Positions 46,803-58,599 of a DNA stretch of 64,000 nt are shown piece after piece (positions within the stretch are counted from its first letter, which is position 1; every line of letters begins with the position of its first letter). The stretch comes from Minutocellus sp. GHC0000111. Its lineage: Eukaryota. Under the pieces are notes generated by a model that worked only from the letters and a program-made list of their open reading frames with translations, ran no database searches and was not told the origin of the DNA. The stretch is from contig OZ361257.1 in the NCBI GenBank assembly GCA_977018835.1, forward strand, positions 3,906,001-3,970,000, read 5' to 3'. A program made the translations under genes and the position numbers.

Positions 46803-48194
46803 TTATTCGCAGATGACCTCCGCAACAGGCATATCTTCCATGTCCCCTCCTTCATCTACAATGGACGCCATAATGAGGTCTTCCTCTCCTTCGTCACCTT
46901 CAGTTGATTGGTCGACATAATCATCGGCACCGTTTGACTCATCTTCTGATGCATCCGCTTTTGCATCGTCTTCCTCAACTGCCGAAGCTTGGGAGGCATC
47001 ATCTAATACATCTGCCTCCGCTTCTCCCTTTACAGATCCTTCCATCTCTTCCCCAACGTTCTCCACAAACCGCCCCCCTACCCGTTTTGTTGCATTTGCC
47101 TTATTTCGTCGCACTTCATACAGGACGTCGTTCGAATAAAATCGCGCGATACGATCCTCGCGCTTGGAATGGAAGCGTGCGATTCGTTCCTTCCTTGCCT
47201 CGGGCAGATACACGCCTACACGCCCCGCTCGATTCTTCATGTGCTCAGGACAAGTGCGACGAGGATCAACTGGTAACTTGAACAGTCTAGGACGCCCACC
47301 CTGTTTGATTCGCTTGCGTTTTCGCGATGGCGCTCTCACAGTATTGGCCGAATCGGCCATCTGATCTTGCGCTTCCTGCTCTGACAATATTTCGTTGGCC
47401 AAATTCTTTATTCTCGTGTACCTCGATCCCGATTGGGTTGCATCGGCAACAAATGTTGATGAATCACATTTCATGGTAATCCCTCCCAACTTGCGGCTTT
47501 CAGCGTCGATGAGCCCAACTTTCTTTGCACTCTCAATCCAGTATTTTTTGGCCTGCCCACTTACTACCTTGGTTGATGATAATGTGCTCCACATGTCCTT
47601 CTTTGCTTGGGGAATGTGCCGGCATTTCTGTATATGACACTGAAACTGCCCAACAGAAGTGCACAGTACAGACAATGATCGAGGAAAAATCATGGAACCA
47701 TTGGCACGATCGGCATACGGCACGTGGTAACAAAACTTGCATCGCAGGGCAACTCGACCTTTTGCATATGAATCAGCATGAAACACCTCGATAAGTTCCC
47801 TGCGGACGTAGCATTGCCGATCGGAGAGATGAAGCACGTCAAAGGGCCGGTAGAGGCTGTAGGTGCGATTAGAACATGATTTTTCAACCATGTTTGCCGC
47901 AGTGTTTGTGACCATTGATTGGGATATGGAAACTACCGCTTCGTCGTCGACTTGTGTAATAACGCGTGCCAATGTCGCGACTAGTGTTTCTTCTTGACGT
48001 TGTTTTGGGAGCGAAACTTGTGCTGATTGTTCAGGAGTTGAGGTAGAATGCGATGCCGAATCAACGCAAAGACTATGATTTACAGAATCATCCCCAGTGC
48101 ATACAATCCCATTGGCCTCTCGAATTGCATCGTCGCGTGCTTGCGCAATGACGGAGGTGAAGGAAACCTGCCGAGATTTTGGTTCGAGCGTCAT
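46803..48194 (-). CDS. CCT-domain protein with an upstream Cys/His domain
   Basis: 'GVYLPEARKERIARFHSKR..YEVRRNKANATKRVGGRFV' (CCT); 'LSDRQCYVR..GRVALRCKFC.H..HIQKC.HIP..YWIESAKKVGL'; acidic tail. Confidence 0.8.
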   Translation of the reverse strand: MTLEPKSRQVSFTSVIAQARDDAIREANGIVCTGDDSVNHSLCVDSASHSTSTPEQSAQVSLPKQRQEETLVATLARVITQVDDEAVVSISQSMVTNTAANMVEKSCSNRTYSLYRPFDVLHLSDRQCYVRRELIEVFHADSYAKGRVALRCKFCYHVPYADRANGSMIFPRSLSVLCTSVGQFQCHIQKCRHIPQAKKDMWSTLSSTKVVSGQAKKYWIESAKKVGLIDAESRKLGGITMKCDSSTFVADATQSGSRYTRIKNLANEILSEQEAQDQMADSANTVRAPSRKRKRIKQGGRPRLFKLPVDPRRTCPEHMKNRAGRVGVYLPEARKERIARFHSKREDRIARFYSNDVLYEVRRNKANATKRVGGRFVENVGEEMEGSVKGEAEADVLDDASQASAVEEDDAKADASEDESNGADDYVDQSTEGDEGEEDLIMASIVDEGGDMEDMPVAEVICE

Positions 48195-48752
48195 TGTGTT
48201 GTTTTATGGTGTGAATGTCGCCGGATAAATTATTCAAGTGACGATTACGGAAATAAAGTTGGGATATGCAACCAGGGGAGATGGATGGCTGGTAATTCGC
48301 TTCTTTGAGAGATTCTTCGGTTCGTCAGCAGAACTTCAGATGATGGCGCCAACTCTGCTTGCGTGGCGCCGGCCGCCTCTCGGGAAATGAAGCAGGGGTT
48401 TTCTTCTATTCTTTCTCGCGAGATTTTTGTGGAGGTCCGTTCGTCGTCCGCTTTACCTCAAATTTTCGCAAACATCGCGCCGGCCGCTCTTTGCGCCGAA
48501 CCTCGGAGCCGAGCTGCCATGTGGCGATACAACCCAACCTCCTTCAGCGCACCTCATTTGTTGCTCCAACACATGAGCTCATACTGTCCAGAGGTTGACG
48601 AAGAAGTGGAACGGACGGTATCTCATTCCAGCGTTAATTCGTGGCCACTCGTCATTCATTCTTGCCATTTCCATTCAGCGAGGTGGTTGTCTGGGACTTG
48701 AGATATCGAATCTTGATACACTACTTTTGTTCTGAAGTGAAAGTGAAGCGGT

Positions 48753-50916
48753 ATGCCTCATCTTCGTACTGAGATCGGTCCAACGCCTCCCGTGGCTGCT
48801 TCCAGCGCTGCTGCAAATGGTGGTAGTCCTGCAAGGAGACCGTCGTGTCCACTCGCAGCTCTTGCTGCAGCTGCTTCAACAGAGCATACGAAACGGGCAC
48901 AAGATGTTCCCAGCAAGGCATCTTCAACAATTACGGGTAAACTCAACGGAAGCGGTGGCAAAGCATCTAGCTCGCACCAAAGAAACCCCAATAACTCGCC
49001 CATTGTGTCCCCGAGAGTGCATGAAAACGGTGACAAAAAGAAGGCTGACGATCGGCCTCTTCAACCGGCTTATCCGCCTCCGCATGGATATCCTCATCAT
49101 CCACCGCCGCCAGGATATGGTTGGGGCCCCTACCCACCGCCACCGCCAAATATGCACATGCAAGGCCCACCGCCTTCATCGAAAAAACAAGAGTCACCCT
49201 CAGAGCAGGTGCTGCCACCTCCACCTTCGCATCACTATCCTTACTACTACTATCACCCCTACCCGCCACCACCTCCTCACGTGATGAATCCTCCACATCT
49301 GCCACCCGTTGAAGCGAGAAAGGTAACTGCAGAGGATACTATGAGGCCCAGAGAACGCGAGGAAGAAGAAAAGAAGGAAGATTCGGATGATGGCGAGATG
49401 CCTTCTGCATTCGCTGCAAGAGGGGTCAAGAAGGAAAGCCCTTCTCCCTCCTCAAAAGAAGAAAGAAGGCTGAGCAAAGAGGAATATTTCGATGATATCG
49501 TTAAACGAAATCTAGAAAGGCGAAAGAGTCCTGGCAGCGAAAAAGAGAAAGGGGAAAGAAGCCAACCGCATCAAATCGCATCGTGTCGCCGCATACCTCC
49601 GATGCACCCTCGAGCAATGACAATTCGCCAGTGCCGATCAGCAGCAAAAGTAGCCACAAGGTGCCCCCGGCGACGGCTCCACATGCGAACCATGCTGCAG
49701 TACCACCTCCGCCTCCTCCACCAGGACATTATCCACCGCATCATCACTACTACCCGTACCCACCTTCGATGCCACCACCTGGCCCGGGCAATCATTCCGC
49801 TGCTCATGGCAATTATCATCATCAGTATGGTGCTGGTCCTCCTCCATCGCCTCCTCAATTCCCTCCATCATCCTCGCAGCGCAAGAATATTCCGGGCGCC
49901 GTTCTAGCGCCGTCCAATTCTGGACCAGCGGGTAATCCAGTACTTTGGAAAGCACCTGTTCGTACCACTGCTGATGTTGCTGCTCCTGTTACTACTCCCA
50001 AGGCTCCAAAGGAAGAAGTTAAAGTTCCAAGTATATTCAAAAGTGAGCGAAAAACGCCAAAGTCAGTGGTGAAAGTGGTTGCCGAAAAGAAGAACACCAC
50101 CGATTCGACACAGAGAATCACCAACCTATCGACGAACACGCATGACAGGTGTGTCCCGCTGCCACCTCCAATCCCTTCCCATTTCTACGGGTAAGTACAA
50201 AGTTGTAAACCTGATGACTTGTGATATCAGCGAAGAATTCGATATCTAACTCTCCTTTTCTGCTCCCCTCCCTACACTACTTCAATTACAGCGACCTCGA
50301 AAAGGAAAAGAATGTAGAGATTCCAGAATTTCATCAAATCATCAACTATCCGGAATACTCCATCAAGAGCCGCAGTCGATCGTCAACGCCCGTGCCAGGA
50401 ACCCTTTCGATGCCCAAGTCAGGACTTCATAACTGTGTAATGTGCGCCGAAAAGAGACCGGCTACTCCTGAAACCATTGCGGCCGCCATGTCCGACGCAC
50501 CCAACAAGAAATATCCACGTCCAGTCATTCCTACACAAAATAAGGGTCTATGTACGGCATGCGATGTTGTTGTGTGGGTTATCCAGGCCACCGGGAAGAA
50601 TATCAAGTGGTGCCAGGGATGTAAGAATTTTCGCAATTGGGCGGCCTTTGGTGAGAAAGGCTCGGCTACCAAGTGCGAAAAGTGCCGTACTAGACAACGG
50701 GCCAAGTACTTGGAGCAAAGGGACGAGCTCAAGGAGAAACGAAAGAGCGTGTCTGCGGGAGAGGATGGGAATGAAGGGAAAATGAAGTCAGCCAAGAAAC
50801 GGAGGGTCGACAAAACACTAGGAGGATCGATTCTACAGACGGTCAAGTCAGAAGATGAGGCATTGAATGCCGCCATCGGGCTTCGCCAGCTGTTTTCTTC
50901 TCCTACTCAGCAATAA
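48753..50916 (+). CDS. Pro/His-rich nuclear protein with a C-terminal Cys-rich (SBP-like) zinc-binding domain; intron 50191-50291; frameshift ~49550
   Basis: 'CVMC..GLCTACD..KWCQGCKNF..AAFGEKG.ATKCEKCRTRQR'. GTAAGT..CAG intron preserves frame. Frame switch lies in the A/G run at 49540-49560. Confidence 0.7.
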
Positions 50917-51042
50917 TAATACTTGAAATGAAATTGATAAAACCCACATGAAAATTAATATAGTATCTATTAATAGAGAACTGAACGGAATAGTCCTAAA
51001 TCATCTAACTTCTTGACCGCTCGAGATTCGAGATTTTCCAAT

Positions 51043-51747
51043 TCATTTGAGCCTCAACTTCAAATTGTATTCCTGAATATCAACCAAATCCAGACCGAGG
51101 CGATTGAAGTATTCCTTATTGGGGGGATCATCAATTTGTCCGTTGCATGAATTCCAAACCCTATTGAGATCCTGTTGGTCGCCTTCGTCTTTCCCCCAGC
51201 ATAATGTGTAGCGGGAAATGCTGGTTTCGTTCTGAGAATTATCAGAATTGCTTAAACATGCCTTTCGCCTAATGCTTGAATGGAGAGTCGATTGTGCGAG
51301 ATAAGCATAAACTTCCATCGCCAGATCCAACCAGTCTCGTCTACTTTCCATTTGCTGAATTTCATCCAAAATGGAATCCATTTCTTCTTTGAGACCTTGG
51401 TAGCATTTGAACATTGCCCTTGAGCATAGATCGATTTTCCCCTGAGCGTCATACTCTACTACATTCACATCTTGAACTTCAATATTGTAGTACCCCAAAT
51501 CTTCGAGAACTGCCTCTTTGTTGATTGTAATCGGGAGGCGAGTCTTGCCATCTCTTAGATAGCTTAGGCAGTACTTGAAATGTTCTCCATCTCGTTCAAT
51601 GAAGATTTCGGCCTCGGGGTCATCATGCCACTGATCACTCGCCATCCGGACGAGCATGGTGTTAGGATGGCCATCCACAAGTGACTTCGCCACCTCGTAC
51701 CTCGTTCCGCCGACACTGAACTTGACTACTTTGGTCTTATCATCCAT
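51043..51747 (-). CDS. BTB/POZ (KCTD/T1-type) domain protein
   Basis: 'VKFSVGGTRYEV..HPNTML..EIFIERDGEHFKYCLSYLRDGK..EDLGYY'. Confidence 0.9.
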   Translation of the reverse strand: MDDKTKVVKFSVGGTRYEVAKSLVDGHPNTMLVRMASDQWHDDPEAEIFIERDGEHFKYCLSYLRDGKTRLPITINKEAVLEDLGYYNIEVQDVNVVEYDAQGKIDLCSRAMFKCYQGLKEEMDSILDEIQQMESRRDWLDLAMEVYAYLAQSTLHSSIRRKACLSNSDNSQNETSISRYTLCWGKDEGDQQDLNRVWNSCNGQIDDPPNKEYFNRLGLDLVDIQEYNLKLRLK

Positions 51748-51989
51748 GCTTCTATCATATCTTGATTAGATAAATGTGGTATGAACGAACGCCGGGATTT
51801 GTGGAGGGTCGATCGAGATCAAATCATCAAAATAAAATCATCGGGATCACATCTAATCTGTCGATACTTGTCGAACATGAAGATACGAGCAAAATTTAAC
51901 ACAACGTGCACCTCTTTCTTTCTACAAAGGGGGGTTTTATTTTTATTTACTTTCACATCAGCCCAAGATTGGATGCTCGTCCTCGCGCA

Positions 51990-52802
51990 TTGCATTTTCT
52001 GTTGAATGATATTCCCAGAATATAATCTATTCGAAACACGAACGGGAGACGATAGCAGAGCATCCAGCTTAGAGGCCGAGCTTGGTACGGCGCCAGTGTC
52101 TGCGCTTGGCGTTGTACTTGACGGTGTTGTCGGTACGGAGACGGATCCACTGGGGAAGGGGGCGGTTTTGCCTCTGCTTCTTGGCAAGAGTGCGCTTGGT
52201 GCGGAAGGTCTTTTGGGAAGGCTGTTTGTTGGAAAATGGGAGATGGAAAGGGGATGAGGGACGAATAAGTTAGAAGAGATGCTTTGAAGAACCACACATG
52301 AAAAATCTGAGCGTCACGCCGTCGATCCATCAAAGCCAGCAAAATCCACGGGTGTATAATTGGCGATTCCACTGGCTTGGTCAAAGCGATGCAAGGGCAA
52401 GTCCTCCTCCAGCGCACCGACCACATCCACCAGCCGCATTTCCGGGACCAACATGCGGGAGGTGCCAGAGAAGAGTGAACGTTCCATGTTCCCACCCGAA
52501 ATGGACCGACCAGCAGTGGCCATACCAGCAAAATGCGTCGGCTGATACTGCTGCCACCTTGCGGTCCGAACGCTTGGCGGAAGGGCCCCCTTTGTTCAGG
52601 ACGCCGCCGCACTGCCCAGACGCACTACCGGTCACTGGAACCGGAAGTCTCCGTTTGTCGGCGGTGGTCATCTCCCATCGACGCCACCAATCGCCGTCGC
52701 CACCCAAACCGCTAGCACCAACCACGCCACTAACAATTATGCAACGCCGTTCAACATTATTTTGGATCGGCAACACCGCTCCTCCGCATGGAAACGCACC
52801 AT
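51990..52802 (-). pseudogene. Probable pseudogene of a secreted Ser/Thr/Pro-rich protein
   Basis: A single frame from ATG 52802 with a hydrophobic stretch (LLVAWLVLAVWVATAIGG) passes stops at 52737, 52668, 52632 and 52596 without a shift. Intron-like segment 52222-52317 (GT..CTAAC..pyrimidines..CAG). Confidence 0.4.
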
Positions 52803-53608
52803 GGTTGCAAATGGACGACTCAAGTAACGAAAGTGAGGGAAGGGGTGGGATGAATTTTAGTAAAGAGTAAAGAGCTGATAACCTATTTATTCCTCCGGGT
52901 TTTCCTCACCACCGCAGTCGAATAAGTCACATTTGCAGCTTGACTTGTGCCACTTTTGCAAAACGCCTTCTCCGGAATTCGAATGTCGGGCAGCATCCTC
53001 CTTTGTTTTGTGCCGACGTTGCTTCTCTAACCCCGTGCGAACGAGGGGAGAGGTCTCGGACGTGTGGGATGCGCCGCTTGCTCACGCTCGCCGGCCGTAT
53101 CTTGCACAAGACGTGGGATTTCCGTTGGTCGTGCCCATCCACGCCTCCACGACACCTAGCTAGCAGCAGCTAGTAGCAGCAGCATCGTCCGGCGCCTTCT
53201 CCAGCGCTCCAGCGAAGAAGAGGGATTCAGCCACATGTATTCCATTCTAGCTGCTTTCTTTTCTCGTGGGCCAACCACTTAATGTGAACCGTCCTCTGTT
53301 TGCTCTCATCCTTTGACACCTCCGCTCGGGCGCTGTAGGCGATGATGGCCACCGTGCGAACCCACCTCGCTCAACGGTTCGCATACGCGGACGTTTGGCG
53401 AGTTCTTGTCTCGCGTGCCTTCCTTTACAAGACTTCTGCCCCGTCGCGTTCCCAACGCACCGGCAATCAATACTCACAACATATTCCACGCAACACCCTT
53501 CGTGCCAGTTAAGAGTATCCATCGTTTATTAGGAGGCCCTGATTTCACAACACCCAACCTTGTGCTGTTTTCTACCTCAACTAAGAACACGAAAAGTAGA
53601 AAAAAATC

Positions 53609-54340
53609 ATGACCGACTCCACCACCGAAGCGCCAAAGTCGCCCAAAGAAAGGGCCGTCGAAGCCGGAACATATGTCAAGGACACGGCCAGCAAGATAAT
53701 CCATCAGGCCGAGAAGGGCCCGCTGCCTCTCCGCGTCGTGGCATTCCTCGGTGGCGTGGCCATGATCGCTGCCTCCATCATCGATGCCCTCAGAGGGGTC
53801 TGGCATGGAGATGTGATTCACATCATGGTTTCGGTCTATGTTTGCATTTTCGGCGCCATCATCTGCATCCTGGAGGGTGCCGAATTCTTGCCCTCATGGG
53901 TCATCACCATCCAGGCCACCCTTCACGATCAGGCCCGATTCCGATGGGGACGCGGCGTCCTCTTCTTCTTTGCCGGGTCGCTCCAGTTCTCTCACTGGTC
54001 TGTACTGAATACCATCGTCGGTGGCATCATGATGGTTCTGGGTCTTATTTCCATCGGCACTGGCCGGAGAGCAGCCGATAAACTTGGCCAACTGCGCAAG
54101 TCGATTCCCGATGAGAATGCCCTGCAGCGAAACTTTACTGCGCACGATTCTTTGAATGGATTCCTCAGTCTGCACGACTTCATGACCATGGTGGGATCTC
54201 TCGGTTTGGAATTTGGACCGAACGAAACGGAGGCAGCATTTGCGGCAATCGATAAGGACAACGATGGTCAGATTAGCTACGAAGACTTCAAGATGTGGTG
54301 GTATGAGGAGATAGAGGGCGCGCCGGAGAGATATGCTTAG
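53609..54340 (+). CDS. COPI-associated (TVP15-like) membrane domain + EF-hand protein
   Basis: Four hydrophobic helices with 'FRWGRGVLFFFAGSL'; canonical EF-hand 'DKDNDGQISYEDF'. Confidence 0.8.
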   Translation: MTDSTTEAPKSPKERAVEAGTYVKDTASKIIHQAEKGPLPLRVVAFLGGVAMIAASIIDALRGVWHGDVIHIMVSVYVCIFGAIICILEGAEFLPSWVITIQATLHDQARFRWGRGVLFFFAGSLQFSHWSVLNTIVGGIMMVLGLISIGTGRRAADKLGQLRKSIPDENALQRNFTAHDSLNGFLSLHDFMTMVGSLGLEFGPNETEAAFAAIDKDNDGQISYEDFKMWWYEEIEGAPERYA

Positions 54341-54883
54341 AATTTGTGGGTAGGAGCAGAAAAATGAATGCCGTTCGCAGGCAAACGAAAGAACGTAGTA
54401 GACGATAATATATATGTGTAATAGAAGTGATTTGATGTTTGAAAATGCTACTAAGAATTCCTACGCAATGCGAAAAAACGTGTTTTGATGTTCTATCCGT
54501 TCAAAATATGACCAATGAAGCTCACCACACTGGAACACACATCACTTCTTCCATTTCCATCTCCATCCACCTCTCTCCTTAGCTGATCCTACCTCCTGAC
54601 TTATACTAATCTTGGTGGCTGCCGTCCTTTGCACCCCCAGGTGCCTATTAGCAATCTTGGTTGCAGTGACTATTGAAATTTCTTCTTTCTGCTTTCGTTC
54701 GCCATTCGTTGTACCGCTGACATGGGGGAAACCGATATCGCCAAGAATTCTTTTTGATATCTTCTCCTTTTCCCTTTCCTTCTTGCCCATATTGCCGAGC
54801 CCGATGTTGCACATAAATATGCCATAATTCATGCGCACGAACAATTTTACTTTTTTCGTTTATACATCATCAAGTAACACATC

Positions 54884-55855
54884 TCAAAGCTTCTTGGACA
54901 TGATGCTACGTCCGTTGGTCCATTGGCCGTACTTGGGCATGGCAGTGCTGGGATTGCCAATACTTTCAATGTCAAATCCCAGACTCTTGTACAGATTGAT
55001 CGCGGCGGTGTTGGTATCATCGACCACCAACGTCACCAATTCGGCGGGAGTCTCCTTATCGGCATAGTCCACCACAGCCTCGACCAACTCCCGAGCAATG
55101 CCCATCCGCCGGCATTTCTGATCCACGGCAAGGTTGCGAATGTGGATGTGGGGAGGGAGCTCACCAAAGGTCTTGACGTTCTTGCTTTCCTCGCAGTTGC
55201 GCAACTGGCAGTCGATGGCGGCGACGATGCCGTTGGTTTGGCGGAATCGGCCACCGTAGGCAGTGTCCGAGTTGTCAATTCGAGCGGCAAAGCCGACATC
55301 CTGGCGTGCCATCAATCCCTCCACAAAATCGACCTTCAATCTGTTCGCTGCATCTTCCATCGTACTGACGTACACATTGCGGCCAGAGAGAGAATTCCAA
55401 GCCAGCAGACTTCCCATGATACCGCCGAGAACTCCAGTGTTCTTCAAAGCCTCCTGCAAATCACCACCACCGTAACCAACACTACCAGTATAAGTAACCA
55501 CGCCGTATCCAACGCCGAGCGCCAATCCGGTCAGACCACCCCTCACGGCGGCACCGGTATTGTCCTGCGCGTCACGCTTGGCCTGCTGCTTCTCAATAAC
55601 CCCGGCAGGTCCGACACGGTTGTTCCGGTACGCCGCGACGTCCATGATGGCATCGTCCGTGTCGAGCTTGGAGACGGTCCAGATTTTTTCAATAGGGGCC
55701 GTGGACTTCGTAGCGCCGGGCGCATCGACGTCGGCGATGAACAGAGCGGTGCTGGAAGAACGGCCCACGGCGGAAGTGGGAGCGGTGAAGGCAGTTGCCT
55801 CGTGCGAAACGACGGCCAGGACGGCCGCGAGGATAACTGCTGATCGGACGAGCAT
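54884..55855 (-). CDS. Plastid-targeted membrane-anchored GNAT acetyltransferase
   Basis: Signal + 'ATA-FTA'; 'IRNLAVDQKCRRMGIAREL', 'NTAAINLYKSLGF'. Confidence 0.88.
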   Translation of the reverse strand: MLVRSAVILAAVLAVVSHEATAFTAPTSAVGRSSSTALFIADVDAPGATKSTAPIEKIWTVSKLDTDDAIMDVAAYRNNRVGPAGVIEKQQAKRDAQDNTGAAVRGGLTGLALGVGYGVVTYTGSVGYGGGDLQEALKNTGVLGGIMGSLLAWNSLSGRNVYVSTMEDAANRLKVDFVEGLMARQDVGFAARIDNSDTAYGGRFRQTNGIVAAIDCQLRNCEESKNVKTFGELPPHIHIRNLAVDQKCRRMGIARELVEAVVDYADKETPAELVTLVVDDTNTAAINLYKSLGFDIESIGNPSTAMPKYGQWTNGRSIMSKKL

Positions 55856-56136
55856 GGTGAGAAGGATTGCAAAGGCAGAAAAGGTAATGTGATGAAACGG
55901 GGAGCGAGGCGCAACTTCAACTACTGAGTCAAGCTGTCCAGTAAACGCGGATGCGTCGTTTTATCTTGGCATGAGTTTTTATTGTCCTGAGTTTACTATG
56001 CGCAACTTCGCAAAATATTTTTATGAATTTCCGAGCTAATTAACTGGAAAGCTAAATATCGGCTTTCTCACGCACGCACCACTTTTCGGGAAGAAGAACA
56101 CATCTTGTGTTGGTTTTGAAAGATACCCAACCAACC

Positions 56137-57218
56137 ATGAGATCCCCCGCCCCCGTTCTAGCTGCCGCTCTCCTGGCCACCTCAGCGACGGCCTTTGCAC
56201 CTCCTTCTCCCCAAATCACCACCACCACCACTGCCACTGCGACGACCCGCTCCACAACTCAAATTGCCGCCGATGTAGGCGCCGGCGAAATCGCCAAGTC
56301 GATCGGCATCCCCCTCTTGTTTGGTGGTGGTCTCATCCCCGCTGCCATTATTGCCAACAAGAGCATGGCGGGCACGTTGATGAAGAAGCGACCGGAGAAG
56401 CCCAATCTTACCGAGGAGGAGAAGAAGACGTATTTGGATCCTACTTTCGGACAAGGTGTGTAATGCATGTTTCGTTTCGCGTCGGCTTCACCTCCTTCTA
56501 CATTTCTGTCACAAGAAAATTCATTCTCATTCTCACCAAACATTTCACTTCCTCACCAATTGTAGCGGACTATATTGAAGCGAGTGGCGCGACGGGTAAG
56601 AATCTGCCGGGAAGTGGTTTGCTGTTTGCTCCTGAGGCCATCCCCCTTGCGGATATCGTTGCCATTGTGGGTCGGATGAATGGCGACGTCGGATCGGTAG
56701 CCGACTGGTCCAACCTGCCCAGTACCAAGCTGCCCAATGTCAGCCAGACCAATCCGCCCATGTGGTTGCCCCGGGCCACCTTCAAGGCCAACATTCGCAA
56801 GGCCAAGTTCCAGGGCTGGCCGGTAGATGACAAGGGCCGACCAATCGGTGGGGAAGAGCTCAAGGCTGCCGAGGAGGCACGTGTGTCCAAGCAGGGCGCT
56901 CTGATTAGCGATGCCGCGTTGGATGCTGTCTTTGATACCTGGGCGTGGGGCGCCAACATTGCCACTCCGGACAAAGTTGGCAGCCAGCTGCGGAGTTGGA
57001 GGCCCGATGGTCAAAATTTTAATCAGTTGTCATTTTCGGCCGCTGCCGTCAGTGGTAGGGCTTTGGTGGGCATTGCGGCCCTTTCCTTTGTGATAATCCA
57101 AGTCGTGGCGTATGGAACTCTGTTCATCGCGCCGGCCCTTCGGGTGTTTGCCAATATTGATATTGGATTTGGCGAGGCCGGCACATGCGACCCAACCTTG
57201 TGCACCAAGTTGTTTTAA
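56137..57218 (+). CDS. Plastid-targeted membrane protein of unknown function; intron 56456-56565
   Basis: Signal + 'ATA-FAP'; two hydrophobic segments; a GT..TAG intron joins the ORFs in frame. Confidence 0.78.
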
Positions 57219-57392
57219 ATTTTGATCTGTGAACACATGGCATTGAGATGTGCGCTTTGGACCACAAATAATTATGGTATTTTGATTGAGTCCATCCTGC
57301 ACACTCCGGTGTGTTTTGCCTGACGGCAAATGCCATGTTTTGTATTGATTCTATCGCTATGTGTACCTGCAAGTACATGACCAAGAACTCGA

Positions 57393-58100
57393 TCATCCAT
57401 AACGGCGGGCAAGAGCACCCTCAAGACCAGCCAATAGCTTGGCCCAAAGCTCGCTGCCACCCACGAGATTCTGCAGTTCCTTCCTTTTCTCTTCACCACC
57501 AGCCTCAAGCTGCTTTTCCAATTCCTGATGCTCCTCGCCCTGCCCGGGAACGTCCACCCTGGTCTTGTAGATCTGCTCTCCCGTGTACCGAAGGCTCCGT
57601 CCTCCCATCATGGCCTGGAAGACATTCTCCCCACCCCACCGTTCCTTGGCATCAGACTTTTCAAATGCAAAGACGATGTGCTTGGGTGCGACGGCGAAAA
57701 AGCTCGACCAACTCCATCCCGAAGGGGGAATCACCCCAACCCGTTCGGCCAGGACGCATAAGGCCAGGAAGACATCTCCGAGGGACCGTGCGGTGGCCTC
57801 CGGATCGTACGGCCCGTGCAGATACCCTCCGCCCCAGGAGTAGTCGTCGTCGCACCGCATCTAATAGCAGTTGCACAGCCACTCGTACTGGTCGGCCGTG
57901 GAGAGACCGTCGGCCCAGGCAGACGGCGAGGGCTCGGCACCCCCCATCATCCCACCGATGCCGGGAATGCCCGCCGCCATTGCCTGCGCGGCGGACGGTG
58001 CGGATCCTTTTCCGCCATGTTGGGCTCTTGCTCCCTGCTGACGGCTTTGACATGTGCTGGCATCGCGTCCGGAACGCTGTCTTCGGCTCTTCTTGCCCAT
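57393..58100 (-). CDS. Uncharacterised protein (domain resembling the region that accompanies MYND fingers in fungal proteins), in-frame TAG at 57861-57863
   Basis: ORFs 57861..58100 and 57393..57860 abut in frame: 'WLCNCY*MRCDDDYSWGGGYLHG..FAFEKSDAKERWG..SLRYTGEQIY'. Confidence 0.7.
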
Positions 58101-58599
58101 CCTGGCGGCGATTTGATCGCAAAATGCAGTGGGCCTTGCCAGGAATGGGATGAAATGGCTGATGCTGAAGCTGATCTTTCGACGACTTTCCAGCAGTCGA
58201 TCGTTGCTTGGCGCTTATGAAGATCGAGTACGTACATTACATGTACTATCAAGTACGTACGTACATACTAGCTAGTACGTAGGCCTAGGATGAGAACCGC
58301 GGCGCCATCTCCATCTGCCTTGATTGCGTCATGCGTCATCCGCGGCCGGCCAACCAGTCAAAGCAGAGCAAAGCACAGTCTCTCAATTCCCATGGACATT
58401 GTTTCGTTAGTTACATGTATTCGATTCTACACCGGCTAGCCTACTAGAATTCCTATTCTGTTTGATATCGGGCTGGACTGGGCTGGAATCAGGTGATCAC
58501 CTGCTGGAACAGGACCTAACGCGCCCGCGAACGATCCATCGTTTCCTTCGCCTCTTGAACGTATCTTTTTCGCCCTGTTTTTCATTGTGTTATGAAAAC

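Noticed and set aside
54542..54790. 82-aa basic ORF starting MGKKEREKEK
   Set aside because: Starts only ~90 bp after the GNAT stop and has no recognisable domain; needs expression evidence.
16892..57863. Genome-wide reassignment of TAG to Gln
   Set aside because: Only three in-frame TAGs occur in more than 10,000 codons, very long ORFs have none, and TAG appears to terminate genes at 21766 and 54340.
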